A DNA stretch of 64,000 nucleotides from Enterobacteriaceae bacterium PC38 (GCA_030849345.1 CP102983.1:66911-130910), one strand, 5' to 3'. Shown: positions 43,908-55,087, counted from the first letter of the stretch. The notes: a model not told the origin generated them from the sequence alone. Program-made: numbers and translations.

Positions 43908-44138
43908 TTATTTTAATAAATTATATGTTTTATATTTATTTAAAATAATAATATTATATAAATATATTTTAATATTAATATTATAATATTTTCTTTTAAA
44001 CTTTATAATTTTAAATTTATTAAAATTTTTAATTAAAACTATTTTAATTATTTTATTATATCTAAATTTAAAATTATTAAAAAAAATTTTAAAAATATTA
44101 AATTTATTATTTATACTTTGAAACATTAATTTTAACAA
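43908..44138 (-). CDS. rplU: Possible severely reduced 50S ribosomal protein L21
   Basis: MFQS resembles the L21 N-terminal VFQSGG; KFKIIKFKRKYY resembles KVKIVKFRRRKHY; the rest is low complexity. Confidence 0.45.
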   Translation of the reverse strand: MLKLMFQSINNKFNIFKIFFNNFKFRYNKIIKIVLIKNFNKFKIIKFKRKYYNINIKIYLYNIIILNKYKTYNLLK

Positions 44139-44298
44139 TAAATAAATTTTTTATAATTTTTTATAATTATATTAATTTAATATTTATAATTTTATTATTT
44201 TTAAATTTTAATTATATTTTTAAAATTATTTAAAATACTACTTGATATTTTAATATAATTAATTATATTCTAAAAATAATAATTTAAATGGATTAATT

Positions 44299-44985
44299 AT
44301 GTATAAAATATCTATTTATGATATGATTAAATCAGGTATTCATTTTGGACATCAAAAAAAGTATTGGAATCCAAAAATGAAAAAATTTATATTTGGTGTT
44401 AAAGATAAAATACATATTATTAATTTAGAAAAAACATTAATTATGATGAAAAAAGCTATAAATAAACTTATACAAATTATAGAAAATAATGGAAAAATTT
44501 TATTTATTGGTACTAAATCAGTAGCATATAAAGCAATTCAAATATATTCTTTAAGTTGTAATCAATTTTATGTTAATTATCGTTGGTTGGGAGGTATGTT
44601 AACTAATTGGACTACAGTTAGTAAATCAATTAAAAAATTAAAAAATTTAGAAATTCAATTACAAAATGGTATTTTAAAACAATTAACTAAAAAAGAATCA
44701 TTAATATATAAAAATAAATTTAAAAAATTAAAAAATGTATTAGAAGGTATTAAATATATGAAAAAATTACCTGAAGCTATATTTGTTATAGATTCTAATC
44801 GTGAAAAAATTGCTATTAAAGAAGCTAATAAATTAGGAATAATTGTATTTGCAGTTGTAGATACTAATTCTAATACAGATGGTATAGATTATATTATACC
44901 AGGTAATGATGATTCAATACATTCAATTAAATTTTATTTAAAAAATGTAGTTTTAGCAATAAATGAAGGAAATTTAAACAAATAA
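44299..44985 (+). CDS. rpsB: 30S ribosomal protein S2
   Basis: GIHFGHQ, WNPKM, RWLGGMLTN, DTNS, IPGNDD. Confidence 0.98.
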   Translation: MYKISIYDMIKSGIHFGHQKKYWNPKMKKFIFGVKDKIHIINLEKTLIMMKKAINKLIQIIENNGKILFIGTKSVAYKAIQIYSLSCNQFYVNYRWLGGMLTNWTTVSKSIKKLKNLEIQLQNGILKQLTKKESLIYKNKFKKLKNVLEGIKYMKKLPEAIFVIDSNREKIAIKEANKLGIIVFAVVDTNSNTDGIDYIIPGNDDSIHSIKFYLKNVVLAINEGNLNK

Positions 44986-45015
44986 AATTTATTATAATAA
45001 TTAAAGGAATTTTAT

Positions 45016-45810
45016 ATGATTAAAAATAATATAAATAAAATTAAAAAATTAAGAAAAATTACAGGATCTGGTTTAATAGATTGTAAAAATGCATTAATTA
45101 AATCAAATAATAATATTAAAAATGCAATTATTGAAATGAGAAAAATCGGTATATTGAAATTTAATGAAAAAAAAAATATTTCTATTATAAATGGTATTGT
45201 AAAAACAAAAAAAGAGGGAAAATATGGTATTATTATTGAAGTAAATTGTCAAACTGATTTTACTTCAAAAAGTAAAGAATTTAGAAATTTTATTAACAAT
45301 ATTATTCAAAAAATATTAAATAATAATATTAAAAATACAATAAAATATAATTTAATTTATAAAAATGAAATTATAAATTTATTTAATAAAATTAAAGAAA
45401 ATATAAATATTAAACGTGTTTTTATTTTAAATGAAAATATTATAGAGGAATATAATCATAATAATAGAATAGGTGTATTAATACAAGCTAAATTTATACA
45501 AAAAAAAAAATTAAAAAAAATTGCTATGCATATTGCTTCTAATAAACCAGATTTTATTAATATAGAAAATATATATTATAATTTAATTATTAATGAATAT
45601 AAAATACAAAAAAATTTAATTAAAAAAAAAAATTTTTTATATAAAAAAATATTATTTGGGAAAATTATAAAATATATAAATGAAATAACTTTAATAAATC
45701 AGAAGTTTATTTTTAATACTTTAATAAAAATTAAAAAAATTTTAAACAATAAAAATTCAATTATATTAAATTTTATTAGATATGAATTAGGTGAAAAAAA
45801 AATAAAATAA
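45016..45810 (+). CDS. tsf: Elongation factor Ts
   Basis: LRKITGSGLIDCKNAL, EVNCQTDF, IAMHIAS, FIRYELGE. Confidence 0.96.
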   Translation: MIKNNINKIKKLRKITGSGLIDCKNALIKSNNNIKNAIIEMRKIGILKFNEKKNISIINGIVKTKKEGKYGIIIEVNCQTDFTSKSKEFRNFINNIIQKILNNNIKNTIKYNLIYKNEIINLFNKIKENINIKRVFILNENIIEEYNHNNRIGVLIQAKFIQKKKLKKIAMHIASNKPDFINIENIYYNLIINEYKIQKNLIKKKNFLYKKILFGKIIKYINEITLINQKFIFNTLIKIKKILNNKNSIILNFIRYELGEKKIK

Positions 45811-45897
45811 TTATAACTATTAATTTATATTAACAAAATAATATTATATTAATATTTTATAATTTAATATAATAAAACAAACTTTAAAGGATTATAA

Positions 45898-46455
45898 ATG
45901 TTTAAAGAAATTACAAAAAAAAATCAAAAAGAAATGGAAAAAGTTTATTTTAATTATATTAAAAAAATTTCACAAATAAATACTGGTAGAGCATCAACAA
46001 AAATATTAAATAATATATCAATAAAATATAATAATTGTTTTGTTAATTTAAAAAAAATATCAAATATTACAGTAATAAATTACAATACAATAAAAATAAA
46101 TTTATTTGATTTTTCTTTAAGTAATATGGTTAAAAATGCAATTATAAAATCTAATTTAAATTTATCAGTATTTATTACAAATAAAGATATTGTAATAACT
46201 TTACCTAAAATAAATGAAAAAAGAAGAAGAGAACTAATAAAATTAATACGTTATAAGTCTGAAAATAGTAGAATAATGATAAGAGCAATTAGAAGAGATT
46301 CAAATTTAAAAATTAAAAATTTATTTATTAATAAACAAATAACTTTAGATGAAAAAAAATATGCGGAAAATAAAATACAAGATTTAACAAATAAATATAT
46401 AATACAAATTAATTCAAAATTAATTAAAAAAGAAAAAGAGTTATTATTATTTTAA
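45898..46455 (+). CDS. frr: Ribosome recycling factor
   Basis: 185 aa; TGRAS, EKRRREL, IRAIRRD, IQDLT, KEKELL. Confidence 0.94.
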   Translation: MFKEITKKNQKEMEKVYFNYIKKISQINTGRASTKILNNISIKYNNCFVNLKKISNITVINYNTIKINLFDFSLSNMVKNAIIKSNLNLSVFITNKDIVITLPKINEKRRRELIKLIRYKSENSRIMIRAIRRDSNLKIKNLFINKQITLDEKKYAENKIQDLTNKYIIQINSKLIKKEKELLLF

Positions 46456-46465
46456 TTTATTTGTA

Positions 46466-46540
46466 GTATGTGTATAAATATAAATATTATACACATACGT
46501 GTTATGCACATACATATTATATAAATGTATGTGCATAACA
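46466..46540. promoter_or_regulatory. Cluster of four DnaA boxes in two adjacent perfect inverted repeats (candidate oriC or DnaA control site)
   Basis: TTATACACA at 46469-46477(-) and 46487-46495(+); TTATGCACA at 46502-46510(+) and 46530-46538(-); 12-bp and 16-bp stems, each with a 9-nt loop. Confidence 0.7.
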
Positions 46541-46591
46541 TTAATATAAAAATATATATATTAAATATATTAATATTATATAAGGATTTTT

Positions 46592-49500
46592 ATGAATAAA
46601 TTTAAATTTGTACATTTAAAAATACATAGCGATTATTCAATTATTGATGGTTTAATTAAAATTAAAAAATTAATTAAAACAGCAAAAAAATTAAATTTTA
46701 ATTCTTTAGCTTTAACAGATTTAAATGGTATTTATGGAATCATTAAATTATATAAATATTCATATAAATATAATATTAAACCAATTATAGGTGTTGAATT
46801 AAATATTAAAAACAAAATTAATAATTTATCTAAATTAACTATTTTAGCTTCAAATAATATAGGATATGAAAATTTAAAATTAATTATTACAAAAGTTAAT
46901 AAAATAAATTATAAAAATTTAATAGTACCTATTGTTAATTATAATATTCTTAAAAAAAATAATCAAGGTTTAATATTATTATCTGGAGGTTGTTCAGGAG
47001 ATATTGGTAATTTAATTATTAATGAAAATTATGATAAAATTAATTATACATTAGATTTTTATCAAAAATATTTTAATAATAATTATTATTTAGAAATTAT
47101 GCGTACAAATAGAAAAAATGAAGAAAATTATATAAATAAAGTTATTAAAATTTCAGAAAATAGAAATTTACCTTTAGTAGCAACTAATGATGTATGTTTT
47201 TTAAATAAAAATGATTATAAAGCACATAAAATTAAATTAAATATTAATAATTTAAATAATGTAAATACTAATGAATATAGTAAAAATCAGTTTTTACGTA
47301 ATAAAAAAGATATGTGTGAAATATTTAAAGATATACCAGAATCATTAATAAATACTATAGAAATATCTAAACGTTGTAATGTTTTTATTAATTTCAATAA
47401 ATATTTTTTACCAATTTTTAATATTAAAAAAATAACACAATCTGAATATTTAAATATTAAAACTAAAAAAAAAATAGAAAAAAAAATTAAAAATATATTT
47501 TATAATTTCAAAATTAATATTATAAAAAGATGTAAATATTATAAACGTATAAATAAAGAATTAAAAATAATTAATAAAATAAAATTTTCAAATTATTTTT
47601 TAATTGTTAATGAATTTATAAAATGGGCTAAAAAAAAAAAAATAACTGTTGGGCCTGGTAGAGGATCTGGAACTAGTTCATTAGTAGCATATTCTTTAAA
47701 TATTATAGATATTGATCCTGTTGAATTTAACCTTATTTTTGAAAGATTTTTAAATCCTGAAAGAATTATAATGCCAGATTTTGATATTGATTTCTGTATT
47801 GAAAAAAGAGATATAGTAATTAAACATGTTAAAAAAATGTATGGTTATAATTCTGTTTCTCAAATTATTACATTTGGTACCTTAACAGCTAGAGCCGCAA
47901 TTAGAGATGTAGGTAGAATTTTAGGATATTCTTATAATTTTGTAGATAGAATTGCTAAATTAGTACCATTTGATTTTGGTATTACTTTAAAAAAAACTTT
48001 TAATATTGAACCTTTATTTTTAAAAGCGTATAAGGAAAATGTTGAAGTTAAATCATTAATTGATATGGCTTGTAAATTAGAAGGTATTATAAGAAATATA
48101 GGTAAACATGCTGGAGGTATAGTAATTTCACCTAATAAAATTACAAATTTTACACCGTTATTTTTTGATTTAAATAATAAAAATTCTATTACACAATTTG
48201 ATAAAGATGATATTGCAAAAATTGGTTTAATAAAATTTGATTTTCTTGGTTTAAAAACTTTATCTATTATAGATTTAGCAATTAAAATGATAAATATAAA
48301 TTTTAAAACAAAAATTTCAATTTCAAATTTAAATTTTAATGATATTAAAGTTTTTAAAACACTCAAAAAAGCTAATACTACAGCTATTTTTCAACTTGAA
48401 TCAAATGGTATGAAAGATTTAATTAGAAAAATTAAACCTAATTGTTTTAATGATATAGTTGCATTAATAGCATTATTTAGACCAGGCCCTTTACAATCAG
48501 GTATGGTTCAAAATTATATTAATCGTAAACATGGTAAAGAAAAAATTGCATATCCTGATATTAAATATCAACATAAATGTTTAAAACCTATTTTAAAATC
48601 TACATATGGAATTATTTTATATCAAGAACAGGTAATAGAAATATCAAAAACATTTTCTAATTATAATTTAGGATCTGCTGATATTTTATTAAGAGCAATG
48701 AGTAAAAAAAAACCAAAAGATATGATTAATGAAAAAGATAATTTTCAAAAAGGATCCATAAGTAAAGGTATTAAAAAAGAATTGTCAATTAAAATTTTTA
48801 ATTTATTAAATAAATTTGTTGGTTATGGTTTTAATAAATCACATTCTGTAGCATATTCAATAATTTCTTACCAAACATTATGGTTAAAAACATATTATCC
48901 TGTAGAATTTATGGCTTCTTTTATGACATCAGAAATGCAAAATACTCAAAAGTTAATAAATTTATTAAATGAATGTAAACAAATGAAAATAAATATTTTA
49001 CCCCCTGATATTAATAAAAGTATATATAATTTTCATGTTGATAAAAAAAAGAATATTATATGGGGCATGGGTGCAATTAAAGGTATAGGGGAATCTACAA
49101 TTGAACATATTATAAAAACAAGAAAAAAAAAAAAATTTAAAAATCTTTTTGATTTTTGTATGAGAATTAAAAAAAAAAAAATTAACCGTAGAATATTAGA
49201 AAAATTAATTTTTTCTGGTTCATTTGATTTTACTAAAAAAAATCGTTCTGCTCTTTATTATATATTAAATGATATAATAGAAATAACAGATTATTATTTA
49301 AAATATATTAAAATTGGTCAAATAAATATATTTAAATTATTAAATAAACTACCTAATGAAATTATTAATAAGTATAAAAAATTTACACCTTGGGTAAATC
49401 AATTAATATTAGAAAAAGAATATGATGCTTTAGGTTTATTTTTAACAAAACATCCTATTAATCAATATATAGAAGAAATAAAATATTATACTGGTGGTAG

Positions 49501-50044
49501 TTTTTTAAAGAATTTATGTTTAACAAAAAAAGGTGAAATTAAAATTATTTCAGGTTTAGTAGTATTTTATAAAATTGTATGTTCTAAAAATGGTAAATAT
49601 ATTTGTATAATAATTTTAGATGATCAAACATATAGAGTTGAAATAATTTTATTTAATAAAATTTTTGAAAAATATAAAAAATTTATTAAAAAAAATAATA
49701 TTTTAATAATTAGTGGTGAAATTTTTTTAGATAACTTTAAAAATATATATAAAATGAATGCATATGAAATTATTGATATTAATAATATAAGACAAAAATA
49801 TATTAATAAGTTAGTTATTTTTTTAAATGTTAATAATATTAATAACAAATTATTAAGTTATTTATATAAATTATTTAAAAAAAATCAATTTGGAAATACT
49901 CCAATTTATTTTTATTATAAAAAAAATAATATTACTTTTAAATTGATTTGTAATAAATATTGGAATATTAAAATTAATAATTTAATATTAATTAAATTAC
50001 GAGAATATTTTGGTTATAATAATATTAAATTATCCTTTCATTAA
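46592..50044 (+). CDS. dnaE: DNA polymerase III alpha subunit
   Basis: HLKIHSDYS, GPGRGSG, FERFLNPER, MPDFDIDF, KFDFLGL, YGFNKSHS. Confidence 0.98.
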   Translation: MNKFKFVHLKIHSDYSIIDGLIKIKKLIKTAKKLNFNSLALTDLNGIYGIIKLYKYSYKYNIKPIIGVELNIKNKINNLSKLTILASNNIGYENLKLIITKVNKINYKNLIVPIVNYNILKKNNQGLILLSGGCSGDIGNLIINENYDKINYTLDFYQKYFNNNYYLEIMRTNRKNEENYINKVIKISENRNLPLVATNDVCFLNKNDYKAHKIKLNINNLNNVNTNEYSKNQFLRNKKDMCEIFKDIPESLINTIEISKRCNVFINFNKYFLPIFNIKKITQSEYLNIKTKKKIEKKIKNIFYNFKINIIKRCKYYKRINKELKIINKIKFSNYFLIVNEFIKWAKKKKITVGPGRGSGTSSLVAYSLNIIDIDPVEFNLIFERFLNPERIIMPDFDIDFCIEKRDIVIKHVKKMYGYNSVSQIITFGTLTARAAIRDVGRILGYSYNFVDRIAKLVPFDFGITLKKTFNIEPLFLKAYKENVEVKSLIDMACKLEGIIRNIGKHAGGIVISPNKITNFTPLFFDLNNKNSITQFDKDDIAKIGLIKFDFLGLKTLSIIDLAIKMININFKTKISISNLNFNDIKVFKTLKKANTTAIFQLESNGMKDLIRKIKPNCFNDIVALIALFRPGPLQSGMVQNYINRKHGKEKIAYPDIKYQHKCLKPILKSTYGIILYQEQVIEISKTFSNYNLGSADILLRAMSKKKPKDMINEKDNFQKGSISKGIKKELSIKIFNLLNKFVGYGFNKSHSVAYSIISYQTLWLKTYYPVEFMASFMTSEMQNTQKLINLLNECKQMKINILPPDINKSIYNFHVDKKKNIIWGMGAIKGIGESTIEHIIKTRKKKKFKNLFDFCMRIKKKKINRRILEKLIFSGSFDFTKKNRSALYYILNDIIEITDYYLKYIKIGQINIFKLLNKLPNEIINKYKKFTPWVNQLILEKEYDALGLFLTKHPINQYIEEIKYYTGGSFLKNLCLTKKGEIKIISGLVVFYKIVCSKNGKYICIIILDDQTYRVEIILFNKIFEKYKKFIKKNNILIISGEIFLDNFKNIYKMNAYEIIDINNIRQKYINKLVIFLNVNNINNKLLSYLYKLFKKNQFGNTPIYFYYKKNNITFKLICNKYWNIKINNLILIKLREYFGYNNIKLSFH

Positions 50045-50130
50045 TTATAATTATAATTTTATTTAAATTTATTTTAAAACAGTTAAAATTTTATTTTATT
50101 TTAAAAATATTTTTATTTGGAAATTTTTTA

Positions 50131-50442
50131 ATGGAAAAACATATTAGAATTAAATTTAAATCTTATGATTTTAGGATAATAGAAAAATTAATGTTAAATT
50201 TAATTAATATAATTTATAATACAAATGCAAAAATTTATGGTCCTACTCCATTACCTACTAAAATAGAACGTTTTACTATTCTTACATCACCTCATGTTGA
50301 TAAAGATGCTAGAGATCAATATGAAATATGTACTTATAAAAGAATAATAAAAATAATTATATTTAATTTTAAAACTATTGAAAATTTAATGAAACTTAAA
50401 TTAATTCCAGGTATTAATATTAAAGTAAATGTTATTAAATAA
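50131..50442 (+). CDS. rpsJ: 30S ribosomal protein S10
   Basis: GPTPLPT, SPHVDKDARDQYE. Confidence 0.97.
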   Translation: MEKHIRIKFKSYDFRIIEKLMLNLINIIYNTNAKIYGPTPLPTKIERFTILTSPHVDKDARDQYEICTYKRIIKIIIFNFKTIENLMKLKLIPGINIKVNVIK

Positions 50443-50458
50443 AATATAAGATAAAATT

Positions 50459-51088
50459 ATGATTGGATTAATTGGTATAAAAATAGGTATGTCTAGAATA
50501 TTTAAAAAAAATGGATTTTCAATACCTATTACTATAATAAAAGTTGAACCTAATTTTATTACTCAAATTAAAAATATTAAAACAGATGGTTATAACGCAA
50601 TTCAAATTACTACTGGTAAAAAAAAAAAATATAATAAATCTGAAAAAGGTCATTATTATAAAAAAGGTATTAAACCAGGCATATGTTTATTTGAATTTAA
50701 AATAAATAAAAAAAAAATTTTAAATTTAAATAATAAAATTGATTTAAATATATTTATTAAAAAAAAAAATTTAGATATAACTGGTATTTCTAAAGGTAAA
50801 GGATTTGCAGGTACTATTAAAAGATGGCATTTTAATTCACAAGATAATACTCATGGTAATTCATTATCACATAGAGCACCAGGTTCAATAGGGCAAAATC
50901 AAACACCAGGTAGAGTATTTAAAGGTAAAAAAATGTCTGGACATTTAGGTAATAAAAAAATTACAATACAAAATTTAAAAATTATTAAAATTGATATCAA
51001 AAAAAATTTATTATTTGTTAAAGGTTCAATACCAGGATCAAAAAATAATATTATTATTATTAAATCTTCTATTAAAAATAGGAAATAA
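50459..51088 (+). CDS. rplC: 50S ribosomal protein L3
   Basis: SKGKGFAG, HGNSLSHRAPGSIGQNQTPGRVFKGKKM. Confidence 0.98.
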   Translation: MIGLIGIKIGMSRIFKKNGFSIPITIIKVEPNFITQIKNIKTDGYNAIQITTGKKKKYNKSEKGHYYKKGIKPGICLFEFKINKKKILNLNNKIDLNIFIKKKNLDITGISKGKGFAGTIKRWHFNSQDNTHGNSLSHRAPGSIGQNQTPGRVFKGKKMSGHLGNKKITIQNLKIIKIDIKKNLLFVKGSIPGSKNNIIIIKSSIKNRK

Positions 51089-51089
51089 T

Positions 51090-51692
51090 ATGTTTTTTAT
51101 ATTAAAAGATACTAAAAATAAAATTAATATATCTAAATCTATTTTTAATAAAAAATTTAATAAATCATTAGTTCATCAAGTAGTTATATCATTTTCTATT
51201 AATAAACGTAGTGGTAATAAAGCACAAAAAAATAAATCAGAAGTTTCAGGGTCAAATAAAAAACCATGGCGTCAAAAAGGTACTGGTAGAGCTAGAGTAG
51301 GAATGTTAAGAAATCCAATTTGGCGTTCTGGTGGTGTTACATTTGCTTCTAAATCTAAACAATATAAAAATAAAATAAATAAAAAAATGTATAAAGGTGC
51401 TATAAAATGTATTTTATCAGAATTAATTAAACAAAAAAGATTAATTATTTTTAATAAATTTTTAATAAAATCACATAAAACTAATATATTATTAAATAAA
51501 TTAAAAAATATATCAAATGGAAAAATTTTAATTATTACTAAAATAATAGACAAAAACTTATTTTTATCTTCTAGAAACATTTATAATATTAAAATAAACG
51601 ATATCAAAAATATTAACTTATTGAATTTAATAAATTCAGATAAAGTAATAATTACTTTAGATGTTTTAAAACATTTTGAGAATATATTATGA
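51090..51692 (+). CDS. rplD: 50S ribosomal protein L4
   Basis: KPWRQKGTGRAR, PIWRSGGVTF; start taken at ATG 51090. Confidence 0.97.
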   Translation: MFFILKDTKNKINISKSIFNKKFNKSLVHQVVISFSINKRSGNKAQKNKSEVSGSNKKPWRQKGTGRARVGMLRNPIWRSGGVTFASKSKQYKNKINKKMYKGAIKCILSELIKQKRLIIFNKFLIKSHKTNILLNKLKNISNGKILIITKIIDKNLFLSSRNIYNIKINDIKNINLLNLINSDKVIITLDVLKHFENIL

Positions 51693-51994
51693 TTGAAAAT
51701 AAAGAAAAATTAATTAATATTATATATAAAATACATATATCTGAGAAAGTAAATAATATAATTAAAAAATATAATGCTGTAGTTTTAAAAGTTATTAAAA
51801 AAGCAAATAAAATAAATATCAAAAAAGCTATACAACAAATTTTTGAAGTTAAAGTTATATCAATTAAAACATTATTAGTAAAAGGTAAAAAATTTAAAAT
51901 TAATAAAAATAATTATAGTTATCATAAAAATTGGAAAAAAGCATATATTTTTTTTGAAAAAAAAAAAAAATTTGGCTCAATTATTGATATATAA
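51689..51994 (+). CDS. rplW: 50S ribosomal protein L23
   Basis: HISEK, FEVKV, VKGK, WKKAY; operon position. Confidence 0.95.
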   Translation: MIENKEKLINIIYKIHISEKVNNIIKKYNAVVLKVIKKANKINIKKAIQQIFEVKVISIKTLLVKGKKFKINKNNYSYHKNWKKAYIFFEKKKKFGSIIDI

Positions 51995-52009
51995 TTTGAA
52001 GGAATTTTT

Positions 52010-52837
52010 ATGATAACAATTAAACATAAACCTACATCACCAGGTATTAGACATGTTGTTACTGTTATTAATAAAAATTTGAATAAAATTAAACCTCATA
52101 AATCTTTACTTAGAAAATTAAATAAAACTGGAGGAAGAAATAATATTGGTCATATTACAACTAGACATATAGGAGGTGGGCATAAAAAACGTTATAGATT
52201 AATAGATTATAAAAGAAATAATCATTATATAACTGGTAAAGTTAAAAGTATAGAATATGATCCTAATAGATCTGCAAATATAGCTCTTATTTTATATAAA
52301 AATGGAGTTTATAAATATATTTTAGCACCTAAAGATATAAAAATAGGAGATAAAATAAAATCTGGTAAAAATATTGATATTAAATTAGGAAATACTTTAC
52401 CTATGTACAATATCCCTATTGGTTCAATTATTCATAATATTGAATTAAAACCTATGAAAGGTGGGCAATTAGCTAGGTCTGCTGGATCTTATGCTCAAAT
52501 TATTGCAATAGAAGGAAAATATGTTACTTTAAGATTAAGGTCAGGTGAAATACGTAAAATTTTTTCACAATGTTATGCTACTATAGGTTCAGTTGGTTTT
52601 TCAGAACATATGCTTTCATTATTAGGAAAAGCTGGTAAATCTAGATGGTTAGGTATAAGACCTACAGTAAGAGGTACAGCAATGAATCCAATAGATCACC
52701 CTCATGGTGGTGGTGAAGGACGTAATTTTGGAAAACATCCAGTTACACCTTGGGGTATACAAACTAAAGGTAAAAAAACTAGAATAAATAAACGTACTAA
52801 AAAATTTATAATACGTTTTCGTAATAAAAATAAATAA
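52010..52837 (+). CDS. rplB: 50S ribosomal protein L2
   Basis: [29 protein letters not shown]. Confidence 0.99.
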   Translation: MITIKHKPTSPGIRHVVTVINKNLNKIKPHKSLLRKLNKTGGRNNIGHITTRHIGGGHKKRYRLIDYKRNNHYITGKVKSIEYDPNRSANIALILYKNGVYKYILAPKDIKIGDKIKSGKNIDIKLGNTLPMYNIPIGSIIHNIELKPMKGGQLARSAGSYAQIIAIEGKYVTLRLRSGEIRKIFSQCYATIGSVGFSEHMLSLLGKAGKSRWLGIRPTVRGTAMNPIDHPHGGGEGRNFGKHPVTPWGIQTKGKKTRINKRTKKFIIRFRNKNK

Positions 52838-52849
52838 AAAAGGGGTATT

Positions 52850-53152
52850 ATGCCAAGATCTATTAAAAAAGGACCATTTATTGATAAACATTTATTTAAA
52901 AAAATTGAAAAAATATTAATTACTAAAAAAAAAAAAAAAATAAAAACTTGGTCTCGTCGTTCTACTATTTTTCCTAATATGGTAGGTTTAAATATTGATG
53001 TTCATAATGGAAAAAAACATATTCCAATATTTATATCAGATGAAATGGTTGGACATAAATTAGGAGAATTTGTTATGACTCGTAATTTTAAATGTCATAC
53101 TTCAGATAAAAAAATAAAAAATATTAAAAGCGAAAAAAAAAATGAAAAATAA
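52850..53152 (+). CDS. rpsS: 30S ribosomal protein S19
   Basis: [25 protein letters not shown]. Confidence 0.98.
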   Translation: MPRSIKKGPFIDKHLFKKIEKILITKKKKKIKTWSRRSTIFPNMVGLNIDVHNGKKHIPIFISDEMVGHKLGEFVMTRNFKCHTSDKKIKNIKSEKKNEK

Positions 53153-53477
53153 AATATTTGCTAAACATTGTTATGCTAATTCTTCTGCTCAAAAATTACG
53201 TTTAATTTCAAATTTAATTAGAGGCTTAAAAGTATTAAAGGCTTTAGAAATATTAAAATATAATTTTAAAAAAGCATCGAATTTAATTAAAAAAGTTTTA
53301 AATTCTGCTATTGCTAATTCAAAAAAAAAAAAAATAAGTATTAATTCTCTTTATATTTATAAAATTTATATAAATGAAGGTTCACGAAATAAACGTATAT
53401 TACCTAGAGCTAAAGGTAAAACTGATTATATTTTAAAACGTAATAGTCATATTAATGTAATATTATCTATTATTTAA
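53142..53477 (+). CDS. rplV: 50S ribosomal protein L22
   Basis: [21 protein letters not shown]. Confidence 0.96.
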   Translation: MKNKIFAKHCYANSSAQKLRLISNLIRGLKVLKALEILKYNFKKASNLIKKVLNSAIANSKKKKISINSLYIYKIYINEGSRNKRILPRAKGKTDYILKRNSHINVILSII

Positions 53478-53493
53478 TATTAGGAGTATTTAA

Positions 53494-54177
53494 ATGGGAC
53501 AAAAAACAAATCCATATGGTATTAGATTAGGGATAATCAAGTTTTGGAATTCCATATGGTACGCTAATAAAAGAGAATATAGTAAAAATTTAAATGATGA
53601 TTTTAAAATTAGAAATTTTTTAAATAAAAATTTAGAACAATTATTTGTATCTAAAATTATAATTTTGAGGAATATTAAAAGTAATATAATAAGTATTTAT
53701 ACATCTAGACCTAATAATATTATAATTAATAAACATTATAATATTAAAATATTATGTAAAAAAATTAAAGAAATTACAAATATACCTACTACTATAAATA
53801 TGTTTGAAATTAAAATACCAGAAATAAACTCTAAATTAATAGCAAATAATATAAAATTTCAATTAGAAAAAAGAATTATATTTAGACGTATTATTAAAAA
53901 AACAATACAAAATGCTATTAAAAATGGAGTACAAGGTATTAAAATTGAATTAAATGGTAGAATTGGTGGTGTTGAAATTGCTAGAACAGAATGGCATAGA
54001 GAAGGTAGAGTACCATTACATACTTTAAGAGCTAATATTGATTATAATATATCTATAGCAAATACTACTTATGGAATTATAGGAATAAAAGTTTGGATTT
54101 TTAAAGGTGAAATATTAAATAATAAAAATTTTATAAAACAAAAAATATTTAAAATTCTTGATTATAATAATAAATAA
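53494..54177 (+). CDS. rpsC: 30S ribosomal protein S3
   Basis: MGQK, EIARTEW, GRVPLHTLRA, GIKVWIFKGE. Confidence 0.98.
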   Translation: MGQKTNPYGIRLGIIKFWNSIWYANKREYSKNLNDDFKIRNFLNKNLEQLFVSKIIILRNIKSNIISIYTSRPNNIIINKHYNIKILCKKIKEITNIPTTINMFEIKIPEINSKLIANNIKFQLEKRIIFRRIIKKTIQNAIKNGVQGIKIELNGRIGGVEIARTEWHREGRVPLHTLRANIDYNISIANTTYGIIGIKVWIFKGEILNNKNFIKQKIFKILDYNNK

Positions 54178-54203
54178 AATAAATTTAATATGGATATTTA
54201 AAA

Positions 54204-54629
54204 ATGTTACAACCAAAAAAAACTAAATTTAGAAAAATGCAAAAGGGACGTAATAGAGGAATAATAAATAATAATCTTAAATTTGGAATTTTTGGTTTAA
54301 AATCTATTGAACATGGAAGATTATCATCTAAACAAATTGAATCAGCACGTAGATCAATAAAACGTATAATTAAAAAACAAGGTAAAATTTGGATTTGTAT
54401 ATTTCCTGATAAACCTATAACTAAAAAACCTTTAGAAGTAAGAATGGGTAAAGGAAAAGGAAATGTTGAATTTTGGGTATCTTTAATTAAACCTGGTACA
54501 ATTTTATATGAAATTAATGGAATATCAGAAGAAATAGCACGTGAAGCATTTAAACAAGCTTCAAGTAAATTACCTATTAAAACTATATTTTCAAAAAAGA
54601 GAAAAATTTATGAAATTAAAAAATATTAA
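54204..54629 (+). CDS. rplP: 50S ribosomal protein L16
   Basis: [23 protein letters not shown]. Confidence 0.98.
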   Translation: MLQPKKTKFRKMQKGRNRGIINNNLKFGIFGLKSIEHGRLSSKQIESARRSIKRIIKKQGKIWICIFPDKPITKKPLEVRMGKGKGNVEFWVSLIKPGTILYEINGISEEIAREAFKQASSKLPIKTIFSKKRKIYEIKKY

Positions 54630-54813
54630 AAAAAAAAATATAAACGAATTATATGGAATATTATATATTTTATTATATGAAAAATTTAATTTACGTATTA
54701 AATTAAGTAATAGAAAATTAAAAAAAACACATTTATTAAAAGAAAATCGTCGAGATATTGCTCGTATTAAAACTTTGATTATTAATAAAAGAGTAATAAA
54801 TGAAAAAAAATAG
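54610..54813 (+). CDS. rpmC: 50S ribosomal protein L29
   Basis: [18 protein letters not shown]; start taken at ATG 54610. Confidence 0.94.
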   Translation: MKLKNIKKKNINELYGILYILLYEKFNLRIKLSNRKLKKTHLLKENRRDIARIKTLIINKRVINEKK

Positions 54814-55057
54814 AATTTTAAAAGGTTGTGTAATTAGTAATAAAATGAAAAAATCTATTGTCGTTATTATTCAACATAAAATTAAACATTCTATTTATAA
54901 AAAATATATAAAACGTACTTCTAAATTTTATGTTCATGATGAAAATAATGAATGTAATATTGGAGATATAATAAAATTTAAAGAATCTAAACCAATATCT
55001 AAAACTAAATTTTGGATTTTAATTAAAATTATTAAAAAAAATTTATTAAATAATTAA
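54800..55057 (+). CDS. rpsQ: 30S ribosomal protein S17
   Basis: SNKMKKSIVV, HDENNEC, PISKTK. Confidence 0.96.
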   Translation: MKKNRILKGCVISNKMKKSIVVIIQHKIKHSIYKKYIKRTSKFYVHDENNECNIGDIIKFKESKPISKTKFWILIKIIKKNLLNN

Positions 55058-55087
55058 TTAATTTTATTTAATTTATTTGGAAATTAA

